Assembly (NCBI GenBank): GCA_022750055.1
Contig: JAKIWL010000004.1
Span: 36,405-100,404 of the forward strand
Direction of reading: 5' to 3'
Length of the DNA: 64,000 nucleotides
DNA from: Thermoplasmata archaeon
GTDB taxonomy: Archaea > Thermoplasmatota > Thermoplasmata > Lutacidiplasmatales > UBA184
In this document: in pieces, positions 1 through 9,068 of the stretch
Layout: every line of letters starts with the position of its first letter
Numbering within the stretch: the stretch's first letter is position 1
Position numbers and translations under genes: made by a program
Notes under the pieces: model-generated
Database searches by the model: none
What the model saw: only the letters and a program-made list of their open reading frames with translations
Told to the model about the DNA's origin: nothing

Positions 1-876
1 GGCGACCTATTGTATTTCCCGACGGCGACCCGCCGCGGTCGGAGGGGTCGCTCCGGTCGGATCGTCATCGTCGGAGGGGGCCCGTACTCGGGGGCCCCCG
101 CCCTGGCCGGTCTCGCGGCGTTGCGGGTCGGGGCGGAACGGGCCACGATCTTCGCCCCGGCGCCCGCGGATGGCCGGATCCAAGCGTTCTCTCCCAATCT
201 CGTCGTCCGTTCGTTCGGGGAGGAGCGCCTGCGCCCGAGGGACGTCCGGCCCATCCGCGAGGCGCTCTACGAGAGCGCTCCGAAGGCCGTCCTGATCGGG
301 ATGGGCGCCGGTCGGCACCCCGAGACCATCCAGGCGCTGCGCCTGTTGATCGAGGCGCTCGCCGGGACCATCCCCTTGGTCGTCGATGCCGATGGGCTCG
401 ACGCGATCCCCCTAATCCTCCCTCGGCATGGGGGCTACGATATCGTCGCGACCCCGAACGCGGGTGAGTTCTCCCGAGTGTTCGGGGGCGATCCGGAGGC
501 TCCAGCGCAGACGCGTCTCGACCTCGTCCGCCGCCTCGCCGAGGCCCGGGGGCTCACCCTCCTCGCGAAGGGACCCCAGGACCTGATCTCCGACGGACAT
601 TCCGTTGCCATCAATTCGAACCACACGCTCGCGATGACCGTCTCCGGGGTGGGCGATGTGCTCGCCGGGGCCGTGGGCGCGTTCCTGGCCGAAGGCGTGG
701 CGGCGATGGGCGCGTGCCGCCTGGGGAGCTGGCTCGTGGGGGAGGCCGGTGGGCGAGCGTCCGAGACGCGAGGCTTCGGACTCGTGGCGACCGACGTGAT
801 CGAAGCGCTCCCCACGGCCCTCCTCGATGGGTTCCGGCGGCTGCACACGGGGGACCCTTCGGTCCCGCCGGATTGA
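1..876 (+). CDS. NAD(P)H-hydrate dehydratase (YjeF C-terminal, carbohydrate-kinase-like); 5' end may lie outside the window
   Basis: ORF 10..876 stays open back to base 1. Motifs GGGPYSGAPALAGLAALRVGA, GMGAG, VVDADGL, ATPNAGEF and SGVGDVLAG are typical of Nnr/YjeF_C. Confidence 0.75.
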   Translation, partial: GDLLYFPTATRRGRRGRSGRIVIVGGGPYSGAPALAGLAALRVGAERATIFAPAPADGRIQAFSPNLVVRSFGEERLRPRDVRPIREALYESAPKAVLIGMGAGRHPETIQALRLLIEALAGTIPLVVDADGLDAIPLILPRHGGYDIVATPNAGEFSRVFGGDPEAPAQTRLDLVRRLAEARGLTLLAKGPQDLISDGHSVAINSNHTLAMTVSGVGDVLAGAVGAFLAEGVAAMGACRLGSWLVGEAGGRASETRGFGLVATDVIEALPTALLDGFRRLHTGDPSVPPD

Positions 877-1551
877 TCAGGCGTACCGGACGCGGCCCTG
901 GATCGCCTTCGCCCGGTCCTTCACGGCCGCCTCGCCCTTCGGATTGCCCTCGGCGTACCCCTCGTAGAAGCTCTCGAGCAGTCGCTCCCCCTGGGGGTGG
1001 AGTCCGCGCAAGTCCTCCCGGACGAGGTGCAGGTCGATCCCCAGCTCCTCGAGGCTCGCTCCCTTGGTCCCCATCGACAGGTCGATGAAGGCCGGGGCGC
1101 CCGACGGTCCGTCCGGGTAGAGCACGTTCGAGCTCGTCAGGTCGCCGTGGCTGATCGACCCTTCGTGCAGCCTCCCGAGCGCCCGTCCGAACGCCCGCAC
1201 TGGGGTTCGAAGGTCGTCGGGGGAGTCACGGTGCTCCTCGAGCAGCGTCTTCAGCGTCGGACCCGGGAGCTCCTCGAGCACGATCCGGTGCCGGGTCAGG
1301 TCGAGGTCGTAGATGAGCGGGGTCCGGACGCCGAGCTGGCGGGCCTCCACGAGGAGTCGGGCTTCTGTCCGGGTCCGTTCGCGTCGAAGGCGGTCGTCGA
1401 GAGCCTTGGCCCGATAGCCCTTCGGGTCCCGCTCCTTCTGCAAGGCGGGAAACCCCCACCAGTCGACGGCCCGAAGGGTGGCCTCGGCCCCTCGGGCGAC
1501 CGGTCGGCCGGATCGCGCGACCGGCTCGGTCGCCAACGCGTCGCGACTCAT
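877..1551 (-). CDS. bud32: Bud32/PRPK-type serine/threonine kinase (KEOPS subunit)
   Basis: 224 aa. RIO-like kinase motifs EARLLVEARQLGVRTPLIYDLD and HGDLTSSNVL. ATGA overlap with the upstream agmatinase stop. Confidence 0.8.
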   Translation of the reverse strand: MSRDALATEPVARSGRPVARGAEATLRAVDWWGFPALQKERDPKGYRAKALDDRLRRERTRTEARLLVEARQLGVRTPLIYDLDLTRHRIVLEELPGPTLKTLLEEHRDSPDDLRTPVRAFGRALGRLHEGSISHGDLTSSNVLYPDGPSGAPAFIDLSMGTKGASLEELGIDLHLVREDLRGLHPQGERLLESFYEGYAEGNPKGEAAVKDRAKAIQGRVRYA

Positions 1552-2420
1552 CGGACCCGATGCGTGGCGACGGCCCGGACGATCGCCTCCCGGGCGAGCC
1601 GGGCGGCGAGCGCGCTCGTGTTCCCCTGGTCATAATGCGGGCTCACCTCCATGATGTCCATGCCCGCGAGCCGGGGGGCGACCATCCCGATCGCATGCTT
1701 GACGTCCCGGGGGGTAAGGCCGAACGGCTCCGGGGTCCCCGTTCCCCCTGCGAAGGCCGGATCGATCGCGTCGATGTCGAGCGAGAGATAGATCCGGTCC
1801 GTCCGGAGCATGTTGAGGGCCTTCTGCATGGCCGACTCGATCCCCTCTCGGAAGACCTCCTGCGCCGTGACGAAGGCCATGCCGATCGAGCGATTGTCCT
1901 CGACCTCCTCGCGGGAGACCGAGCGGACCCCGAGGACCACGACGTTGTGAGCCCCGACCTTCTCGACGATCCGTCGAGAGGAGCAGGCATGGCTGCGGGA
2001 GTCCCCGAGATAGCTCGACCGGAAGTCGAGGTGCGCATCGATGTAGAGGACCCCGATCGAGCCGCCGTCCGGATACGCCTCGACACAGGGCGGGGAACAG
2101 GCGTGGTCCCCTCCCAGGATGATGGGGATCTTGCCGGCCTCGTAGACCGGCCGCAGCTCGGCCCGTACGCTGGTCACCATGTCCTGGGCGTTCCCGAACT
2201 CGGCGGTGTTCCCCAGGTCGTGGATGGGCACTTCGGCCAGGTCGACGCCGGTCTCTAGGTCGTAGGACTCGAAGTTCCAGGAGTGTTGCCGGATCGAATC
2301 CGGTCCGAACCGGGCGCCGGGCCGAAAGGAGGTGGTCCGGTCGAACGGGATGCCCGCGACGACGAACTGGGCGGCTTCGAACGTCGCGTGCGCGTCCGCG
2401 AAACCGTTGGGACGTTCCAC
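1548..2420 (-). CDS. speB: Agmatinase / ureohydrolase (arginase family)
   Basis: Motifs GIPFDRTTSFRPGARFGPDSIR, GGDH, DAHLDF, SLDIDAIDPAFAGGTGTPEPFG. The ORF opens at 2615, but an in-frame GTG at 2420 gives a normal 290-aa protein (MERPNGFADAH...). A TTTATA box lies about 25 nt upstream. Confidence 0.8.
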   Translation of the reverse strand: MERPNGFADAHATFEAAQFVVAGIPFDRTTSFRPGARFGPDSIRQHSWNFESYDLETGVDLAEVPIHDLGNTAEFGNAQDMVTSVRAELRPVYEAGKIPIILGGDHACSPPCVEAYPDGGSIGVLYIDAHLDFRSSYLGDSRSHACSSRRIVEKVGAHNVVVLGVRSVSREEVEDNRSIGMAFVTAQEVFREGIESAMQKALNMLRTDRIYLSLDIDAIDPAFAGGTGTPEPFGLTPRDVKHAIGMVAPRLAGMDIMEVSPHYDQGNTSALAARLAREAIVRAVATHRVR

Positions 2421-2441
2421 GGGGTTGGGACGGGCCGGTCG

Positions 2442-2447
2442 TATAAA
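2442..2447 (-). promoter_or_regulatory. TATA-like box (TTTATA) for the agmatinase-bud32 unit
   Basis: Plus strand reads tataaa at 2442..2447, 22-27 nt upstream of the proposed GTG start. This fits a leaderless archaeal transcript. Confidence 0.4.
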
Positions 2448-2662
2448 GGCCTGCGGGAAACCGTCGGCGGGTCTCGGGTTCCGGTCCGAGCGCGTCGCGA
2501 TTTTCGAGAGGGTCGCAGGGGGGGTCGGAGCCGCTCGCTCGCCCGAACGGACGATGAACCGACCTTCGGCCTGCCGCCCGACCGGATCCGCCCGCGCCGA
2601 ACGCTTCACCGGCACCCGGGCGGGATTAAGAGGGCCCCGAGGGTAGACCCACGACGGCGCCG

Positions 2663-3448
2663 ATGACCGAGGGAGAGTTCGTGATCCGTCGAACCGAGGA
2701 GGACGGCGTGGAGACGCTCACCTTGAAGAATCCCCCCGTGAACGCGCTCTCGACGCGGGTGCTCGCCGATCTCGATTCGGCCTTGGACGCGCTCGAGCAG
2801 GCCCAAGGGGTCCGGGCCGTCATCCTCACCGGCGACGGGACCTACTTCAGCGCAGGAGCCGACCTGAAGGAGATGGTCGGGATGGATGCCGCTCGCGCCC
2901 GCGAGGTCGTCTCGGAAGGGCAGCGGCTCTTCCAGCGGATCGCCCAGATGCCGCCCCCGGTGATCGCTGCGATCAACGGTCTGGCGGTCGGCGGGGGCCT
3001 CGAGCTCGCCCTCGCCTGCGACCTAAGGATCTGCGGCGATGCCGCACGGCTCGGGGCTCCCGAGGTGAACTACGGCCTGATGCCCGCCTACGGCGGGACC
3101 CAACGCCTGCCGCGTCTCGTCGGCCCGGCGAAGGCGCGCGAACTCATCTTCACCGGGAACCCGATCCCGGCCGGCGAGGCCCTTCGGATCGGCCTCGTGA
3201 ATCGGATGGTGCCCTCCGGGCAGGAGCTGCGCGCGGCCCGGGACCTGGCCCACACGATCGCCTCGAGGGCGCCGAAGGCGGTCGCGGCGGCCAAGCGCGC
3301 GATCGCCTCGGGAGCCGAGCGCTCCATCGAAGAGGGACTCCGCATCGAGTCGGAGGAGTTCGCGAACCACGTGCTGCCGAGCACCGACCTCACCGAAGGG
3401 ATCGCCGCCTTCGTGGAGCGCCGCCCGCCGAAGTTCCTCGGGTCGTAG
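2663..3448 (+). CDS. Enoyl-CoA hydratase/isomerase (crotonase family)
   Basis: 261 aa. Motifs FSAGADLKEM, AAINGLAVGGGLELALACD, PEVNYGLMPAYGGTQRLPRLVG. Confidence 0.85.
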   Translation: MTEGEFVIRRTEEDGVETLTLKNPPVNALSTRVLADLDSALDALEQAQGVRAVILTGDGTYFSAGADLKEMVGMDAARAREVVSEGQRLFQRIAQMPPPVIAAINGLAVGGGLELALACDLRICGDAARLGAPEVNYGLMPAYGGTQRLPRLVGPAKARELIFTGNPIPAGEALRIGLVNRMVPSGQELRAARDLAHTIASRAPKAVAAAKRAIASGAERSIEEGLRIESEEFANHVLPSTDLTEGIAAFVERRPPKFLGS

Positions 3449-3449
3449 G

Positions 3450-4643
3450 ATGCCGTTCGAATTCTCGTTCACGCCGGACCTCGAGGCCTTTCGAGAGGGG
3501 GTTCGGGCGTTCCTCGCGCGCGAGGTCGGGCCGATCGTGGCCGAGATGGATGCCAAGGAGGAGTTCCCCGCGTCCTCGGTCCGAAAGATGCAGTCCGAGG
3601 GGTACTTCGGCGTACCGATACCGGAGGAGTACGGGGGCCTGGGCCTCGGCAAGGTCGGCTACGCGGTCCTGCTCGAGGAGATCGGCCGGGTGGACGCCTC
3701 GCACGCCACGATCGTGGGGGCCCACACCTCCCTCGGGACGACTCCGCTCCTAGCCTTCGGGACCGAGGAACAGAAGCAACGCTGGCTGGTCCCCGCGGCC
3801 CAAGGAAAAAAACTGCTCGCGTTCAGCTTGACCGAGGCTGGCTCGGGGAGCGATTCCGGCTCGGTGCGGACCCGCGCCGAGCGCTCGGGCGACGGTTGGG
3901 TCTTGAGCGGAACGAAGATCTACGTCTCCAACGGCAAGGAAGCCGATGCGATCGTCCTGATGGCCGCGAACGACACGAAGCTCGGTCCCGCCGGCGGGGT
4001 GACCGCCTTCGTGCTCGACAAGGGCATGCCCGGCTTCTCGGTCGGACGGTGCGAGAAGAAGATGGGCCTGCATGGGACGTCGACCGCCGAGCTCGTCCTC
4101 GACGGCGTCGAAGCGGGGCCGGAGAGGGTGCTGGGCGAGGTCGGGCGGGGGTTCATCGTCGCGATGACCGCCCTCGACGTCGGACGGGTCTCGCTGGGAG
4201 CAGCCTCCCTCGGAGCGATGCAGGCCGCGACGAGCGCGGCGCTGAAGTTCGCGAAGGAACGGACCCAGTTCGGTCACCCGATCAGCGACTTCGAGGCGAT
4301 CCAGTTCAAGCTCGCGGACATGGCGATGCGGGTGGAGGCGTTGCGCTACCTCGTCTACCACGCCGCGGCGCAACAGGACCGCATGGGCCCGGACCCGAGC
4401 CGGTGGAGCCGCGGGGACCGCGAGTCGAAGACCCGAAGCGCAGCGATCGTCAAGTGCCTCGCCTCCGAGTGGGCGAGCGAGGTGATCGACGAGGCCCTCC
4501 AGATCCACGGCGGCCTCGGCTACATCCGGGGGACGCCCATCGAACGCGCTTACCGCGACGCCCGCATCTCCGAGATCTTCGAGGGGACGAACGAGGTCCA
4601 ACGCCTCGTGATCGCCCGGGACCTCGTTCAGCGCGGACTCTGA
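3450..4643 (+). CDS. Acyl-CoA dehydrogenase
   Basis: 397 aa. Motifs LTEAGSGSD, GxKIYVSNG, QIHGGLGY, EIFEGTNEVQRLVIAR. Starts 2 nt after the hydratase stop. Confidence 0.9.
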   Translation: MPFEFSFTPDLEAFREGVRAFLAREVGPIVAEMDAKEEFPASSVRKMQSEGYFGVPIPEEYGGLGLGKVGYAVLLEEIGRVDASHATIVGAHTSLGTTPLLAFGTEEQKQRWLVPAAQGKKLLAFSLTEAGSGSDSGSVRTRAERSGDGWVLSGTKIYVSNGKEADAIVLMAANDTKLGPAGGVTAFVLDKGMPGFSVGRCEKKMGLHGTSTAELVLDGVEAGPERVLGEVGRGFIVAMTALDVGRVSLGAASLGAMQAATSAALKFAKERTQFGHPISDFEAIQFKLADMAMRVEALRYLVYHAAAQQDRMGPDPSRWSRGDRESKTRSAAIVKCLASEWASEVIDEALQIHGGLGYIRGTPIERAYRDARISEIFEGTNEVQRLVIARDLVQRGL

Positions 4644-6346
4644 CCGGGCTCGAGGGCGGGGGCGGTCCGCAGCTCCCTTCGCAGGACCTTCTGGACCCCG
4701 CTCTTCGGCAACGTGGTCCGGAACTCGACCGCCCGAGGGGCCTTGTAATGGGCGATCCGCGCCCGGACGAACTCGATCACGTCGGCTTCTGAAAGGGTCG
4801 TCCCGAGCTTCGGTACGACGAACGCCTTGAGCACCTCGCCGAGGATCGGGTCGGGGATCCCTACGCACGCGGCATCCACCACCCCGGGGATCCGGTAGAG
4901 GACCTCCTCCACCTCGCGGGGATACACCTTGAGCCCACCCACGTCGACCATGTCCTTCTTCCGGTCGACGATGAACGCGTACCCGTCGGGGTCGACCTTC
5001 GCCACGTCTCCCGTGTAGAGCCAGCCGTCCCGGATCGTCTCCGCGGTCTCGGCCGGACGGCCGGAGTAGCCGAGCATGACCTGGGGGCCCCGGACGACCA
5101 GCTCACCTTCCTCCCCGGCGGGCAGGGTCTGGGTCCCGGTCGCGAGGTCGACGATGCGCTGGTCGGTCATCGGGAGCGGGAGGCCGATCGACCCGTCCCG
5201 CCGCAGCGCATGGTCGATCGGGTTCGCGTGGGTGACCGGCGAGGCCTCGGTGAGGCCGTACCCCTCGACGAGGCTGCCTCCCGTGATCGCTTCGAACCGC
5301 CGGGCGACCTCCGCCGGGAGCGGCGCCGAGCCGCTCACGCAGACCCGGATCGACCGGATGTCGTAGTCGCCGACCTTCGGGTGGTCAGCCAGGCCCCGGT
5401 AGATCGCCGGGACTCCGGGGAGCTCGACCGGATGGTGACGGTCGATCAGCTTCAGCATCTCGCCGATGTCCGGCCGGATCTGCAGGATCACCGTCGAACC
5501 GGCGACGAGCGGGTAGTTCAAGGCGACGGTCATCCCATAGATGTGGAAGAACGGGACCGCGGCGAGGACGACCGAGGTGCCGGCCGGCTGGACGGGAAAC
5601 CAGGCCTGGCACTGGAGGGCGTTCGTCAGAAGATTCCGATGCGTGAGCATGGCCGCCTTCGGCAGCCCGGTCGTGCCTCCGGTGTACTGGTGAACGGCGA
5701 CCTCGGTCGCGGGGTCGGTGGACGGAGCGGGGAACTCCGTTGGCCCCCGCAGGGACCGTCCGAAGTCGCGGACCTCCGGGCCGGAGGGGTACACGGGGTG
5801 CAGGCCCTTTCGACGGGCGGCCCGGTTGACGAACGGCCTCAGGTGCCGGGGATAGAACTCCTTCAGGCGGGCCGCGTATCGAAGGTTCGGCAGGCGCGCC
5901 TTCGGGATCCCGTCGAGGTTCTCCGAGGAGACGTCGAGAAAGACGATCCCCTTCGGGCGGGCGTCCGACAGGATGCGGTCCAGGTCTTCGGCGATGTACA
6001 GGGGGCTCACTTGGACGACGACCGCGCCCAATCGAAGGGCCCCGTAGTACGCGATCGGATAGGCCGGACAGTTCGGCAGGTACAGGGCGAGCCGGTCGCC
6101 GGGACGAAACCCATCCGCGTTCAGGGTCGCGGCGAAGCGTCCGCTCGCCTCCCAGAACCGTCGATACGACCAGCGGGCGCCGTAGAACACGAACGCGTCG
6201 CGCTCGGGCCACCGCCGGACGGAGCGCTCGACGGCGTCCGGAAGCCGTTCGCTGGCCAGGGCGATCGTGGGCGGCACGTTCGAGGGATATCGGGAGAGCC
6301 ACGGCCGTTCGAAGGGAGGCACCGAGTCTGACGGTGCGTCAGTCAC
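4628..6346 (-). CDS. Long-chain fatty-acid--CoA ligase (AMP-dependent synthetase)
   Basis: 572 aa. AMP-binding motifs YTGGTTGLPKAAMLTHRN, GYGLTE, TGDVAKVDPDGYAFIVDRKKD. Confidence 0.85.
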   Translation of the reverse strand: MTDAPSDSVPPFERPWLSRYPSNVPPTIALASERLPDAVERSVRRWPERDAFVFYGARWSYRRFWEASGRFAATLNADGFRPGDRLALYLPNCPAYPIAYYGALRLGAVVVQVSPLYIAEDLDRILSDARPKGIVFLDVSSENLDGIPKARLPNLRYAARLKEFYPRHLRPFVNRAARRKGLHPVYPSGPEVRDFGRSLRGPTEFPAPSTDPATEVAVHQYTGGTTGLPKAAMLTHRNLLTNALQCQAWFPVQPAGTSVVLAAVPFFHIYGMTVALNYPLVAGSTVILQIRPDIGEMLKLIDRHHPVELPGVPAIYRGLADHPKVGDYDIRSIRVCVSGSAPLPAEVARRFEAITGGSLVEGYGLTEASPVTHANPIDHALRRDGSIGLPLPMTDQRIVDLATGTQTLPAGEEGELVVRGPQVMLGYSGRPAETAETIRDGWLYTGDVAKVDPDGYAFIVDRKKDMVDVGGLKVYPREVEEVLYRIPGVVDAACVGIPDPILGEVLKAFVVPKLGTTLSEADVIEFVRARIAHYKAPRAVEFRTTLPKSGVQKVLRRELRTAPALEPGQSPR

Positions 6347-6725
6347 GTCGCGAAGCCCCGGAGCCGCGCTCGAACTGGACGCCTCGGCGATAGCCGGGCG
6401 CGAAATGCACCGAGTCCCCGATCGACAGCTCCTCCTCGGTCCGGACGCCAGCCATCCAACCCGTGATCCGCCCTCCCTCCGGGAGGTCGACTGTGACGTA
6501 GGCGTAGGGGGCGTCGTTCACGAACTCCTCGCTCGGAACGGTCTGGACGGTGAAGGCGGCGATTCGCCCCTCCCCGGAAAGCGGGAGCTCCGCGAGGTCC
6601 CGGACTCCGCACCTCGGGCAGACGAGGCCCCACGTCGCCGTAACGAACCCGCATTCCGAGCGGAATGCGAGGAGGCGGCGCCCTACCTCGTATCCCTCCT
6701 CGAACTCTCGGATGGAGTGTCCCAC
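6339..6725 (-). CDS. DUF35-type OB-fold/zinc-ribbon protein (thiolase partner)
   Basis: 128 aa. Zinc ribbon CGFVTATWGLVCPRCG followed by an OB-fold-like C-terminus. Lies between the thiolase and the acyl-CoA ligase and overlaps the ligase start. Confidence 0.7.
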   Translation of the reverse strand: MGHSIREFEEGYEVGRRLLAFRSECGFVTATWGLVCPRCGVRDLAELPLSGEGRIAAFTVQTVPSEEFVNDAPYAYVTVDLPEGGRITGWMAGVRTEEELSIGDSVHFAPGYRRGVQFERGSGASRRD

Positions 6726-6740
6726 GGGAACCGGACCCCC

Positions 6741-7901
6741 TCAGTCGTCTCGCCGAGAAAAGATGTGGACCGAGCAGGACCCCCCGGTCGCCCCGACGTT
6801 GTGCGTCAGGGCCGTCCGGGTCCGGGGAACCGCCCGCCTTCCCGCGCGTTGGTTGAACTGCTCGAAGACCTCGACCACCTGGGCGGCGCCCGTCGCGCTC
6901 ACGGGGTGGCCCTTCGCCTTGAGACCCCCGGAGGGGTTCACGGGAAACCTCCCGTCGATCGCGGTCGTCCCCTCGACGGCGGCCCGGGCCGCCTCGCCCT
7001 TCGGGAAGAAGCCGAGGTCCTCCAGGGCCATCACCTCGGCGATGGTGAAGCAGTCGTGTACCTCGGCGAAATCGATGTCGTTCGGCAGGAGCTTCGCCAT
7101 CCGGAACGCCTTCTCCCCCGCGACACGGCTCGCGGGCAGTCCCGTCATGTCCGGTCGGTCGTGCAGGTCCGCGATCGAACCGGAACGCACGCTGGCCCGG
7201 ACGACGAGGGGTTCGCTCGGAGGGCGCGGGAACGCCTCGCGGGCGGCGACCACGAGGGCCGAGGCCCCATCGGAGAACGGGCAGCAGTCGTACAGCCTCA
7301 AGGGGGAGGCGATCACGGGCGAGGCGAGGTAGGTCGAGAGCGAGATCTCCTTCTGGAAATGAGCGTTGGGGTTTCGGGCTCCGTTCGCATGGTTCTTGAC
7401 CGCGACCGCGCCCAGCTCCTCGCTCCGCGTCCCGAATCGCTTCTGGTGGGCGTTCGCGAGGGTCGCATACAGGCCCGGGAACGTAGCGCCGTTGCGGGTC
7501 TCGAACGGGTAATCGGCCCCCATCGCGAAATAGCTTGTGGCCCGGAGGGTATCGAGGTGGGAGAGGCGCTCGGCCCCCACGACGAGCACGGCGTCGTCCA
7601 GGCCCGAGGCGACGTGCAGGTACGCTTCGTGCAGCCCGGCGCTCGAGCTCGAGCAGGCGGACTCGATCGTTGCCGACGGGACCTCAGGGATCCCCAGGGC
7701 CGTGTTGACGAGGGGCCCCAGATGGGCCTGGTGCTCGGCGACCCCGAAGCAGTTCGACACGAAGGTGTAGCCGATCCGCTTGGGGTCGATGCCCGCCGAG
7801 TCGACCGCCTGGAGCGCGACCCGGCTCGCGGCCTCCCGACCGGTCTCCGTGAGCTTGCCGAATCGGGAGGTCGCGGCCCCGATGACCCAGGTCTCCCTCA
7901 T
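6741..7901 (-). CDS. Thiolase (acetyl-CoA acyltransferase, SCP-x/archaeal type)
   Basis: 386 aa. Motifs CSSSSAGLHEA (active-site Cys region), NPSGGLKAKGHPVSATG, NVGATGGSCSVHIF. Confidence 0.8.
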   Translation of the reverse strand: MRETWVIGAATSRFGKLTETGREAASRVALQAVDSAGIDPKRIGYTFVSNCFGVAEHQAHLGPLVNTALGIPEVPSATIESACSSSSAGLHEAYLHVASGLDDAVLVVGAERLSHLDTLRATSYFAMGADYPFETRNGATFPGLYATLANAHQKRFGTRSEELGAVAVKNHANGARNPNAHFQKEISLSTYLASPVIASPLRLYDCCPFSDGASALVVAAREAFPRPPSEPLVVRASVRSGSIADLHDRPDMTGLPASRVAGEKAFRMAKLLPNDIDFAEVHDCFTIAEVMALEDLGFFPKGEAARAAVEGTTAIDGRFPVNPSGGLKAKGHPVSATGAAQVVEVFEQFNQRAGRRAVPRTRTALTHNVGATGGSCSVHIFSRRDD

Positions 7902-7964
7902 GGGATGCCCCCTTCGGTCGGGTCCATCCCGGGAGGTGCGATCATGGTTCCCGGCGCGAAGCGA

Positions 7965-8237
7965 TCACGCGCGAGGTCGGTCGATCCACCCGAGGACCCG
8001 TTCGAACAATCGGTCGGCCTCGGCCGCCCGCGGGACCTTCAGGAGGATACGCCCGTCCCGGCCGATCGTGACCTCCTGCCGCCGCCCCGCGATCAACATC
8101 ACCCGCGCGTCGATCACCGGCACACCCTCCGCCTGGATGCGGGCCCGCACGTGGGCGAGGTCGAGCGAGAGGCGTGGGTCGGGGATCGCCTCGAACGCAG
8201 AACGACCCGAGCACAACCGCAGGGCCGAGTAGCTCAC
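7965..8237 (-). CDS. Hypothetical small protein (90 aa) translationally coupled to the thiI-like gene
   Basis: This is the C-terminal third of track ORF 7965..8606. The GTG at 8237 overlaps the thiI-like TGA (GTGA). The rest of the 213-aa ORF is antisense-overlapped by the thiI-like gene, so only this part is plausible. Confidence 0.4.
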   Translation of the reverse strand: MSYSALRLCSGRSAFEAIPDPRLSLDLAHVRARIQAEGVPVIDARVMLIAGRRQEVTIGRDGRILLKVPRAAEADRLFERVLGWIDRPRA

Positions 8238-8860
8238 AACACCACCGCGTGCCGGATCACGTCGTCCAGCATGGCGTCGACGTCGACGCGCTCCTCCTCC
8301 TTCAAGATCTGGACGAGCGAGCTCTTCGTCGCGGGCCGGTCCGGCACGGCCTGACAACACAGACCGGGTCGGATGGAGATGGCGTACGTGCCGATCGAAC
8401 GGGCCACCGCCTCGATCTCCTGCTTGTCGAAGCCGATCAACGGCCGCACGATCGGCAGGTGGACCGACGCCGTGGCGCTGCGCATGTTGGACAGGGTCTG
8501 GCTCGCCACCTGGCCGAGCGACTCCCCCGTCGCGAGGAAGGTCGCCCGTTCCCGGTCCGCGATGCGCTCCGCGGACCGCCACATGAAGCGGCGACACAGG
8601 ACGCAACCCACGTGCCGGTCGGTCTCCCGCATCAGCTGGATCTGGGTCGACCCGTGCGGAAGGAGGTACAGGGGGATCTTCTGATGGTAGCGATCCCTTA
8701 GGATCGTCAGGTGGTCGACGACCTTCTCGAGCGGGGAGTCGTCGGTGAACGGGCGATTGTCCATGTGGACCGCCAGCATCTCGTGGCCCTGCCGGAGCAG
8801 GTAGTGGAGGGTCACGGGGGAATCGATCCCGCCGCTCATTAGCATCACGCCCCGCGCCAT
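8234..8860 (-). CDS. thiI: ThiI-like PP-loop ATP pyrophosphatase (tRNA sulfurtransferase catalytic domain only, no THUMP domain)
   Basis: 208 aa. Motifs MLMSGGIDSPV (SGGxDS PP-loop) and TGESLGQVASQTLSNM (ThiI signature). Confidence 0.75.
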   Translation of the reverse strand: MARGVMLMSGGIDSPVTLHYLLRQGHEMLAVHMDNRPFTDDSPLEKVVDHLTILRDRYHQKIPLYLLPHGSTQIQLMRETDRHVGCVLCRRFMWRSAERIADRERATFLATGESLGQVASQTLSNMRSATASVHLPIVRPLIGFDKQEIEAVARSIGTYAISIRPGLCCQAVPDRPATKSSLVQILKEEERVDVDAMLDDVIRHAVVL

Positions 8861-9068
8861 CGAGGGCTCGAGCCGCCCCGGGGTATTTAGGTCTGCGGGA
8901 AATCGAATCCGTCCCCTGCCAACCAGACCCGACGTTGGCGAATCCAGGACCTTCGGTGGCCGGCCTTCGTATGAGTTCGGGGCGGATTCGTGTGGAGGCC
9001 GGCGGGTTGGTAGAACCGGTGTGGGTCCGACCTGAACGGAGCTCGCTCCCCGATTCTGGGGATCGAGT

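Noticed and set aside
6267-8354. Very long ORFs such as 6267..8354 (+, 695 aa), 3750..4868 (-), 41097..43130 (-), 45945..48332 (-), 58792..60303 (-) and 60981..62573 (+).
   Set aside because: They lie antisense or out of frame to genes with unmistakable family motifs. They are Arg/Gly/Pro/Asp-rich with no recognisable domains. This is the typical stop-codon-poor shadow-ORF behaviour of high-GC DNA.
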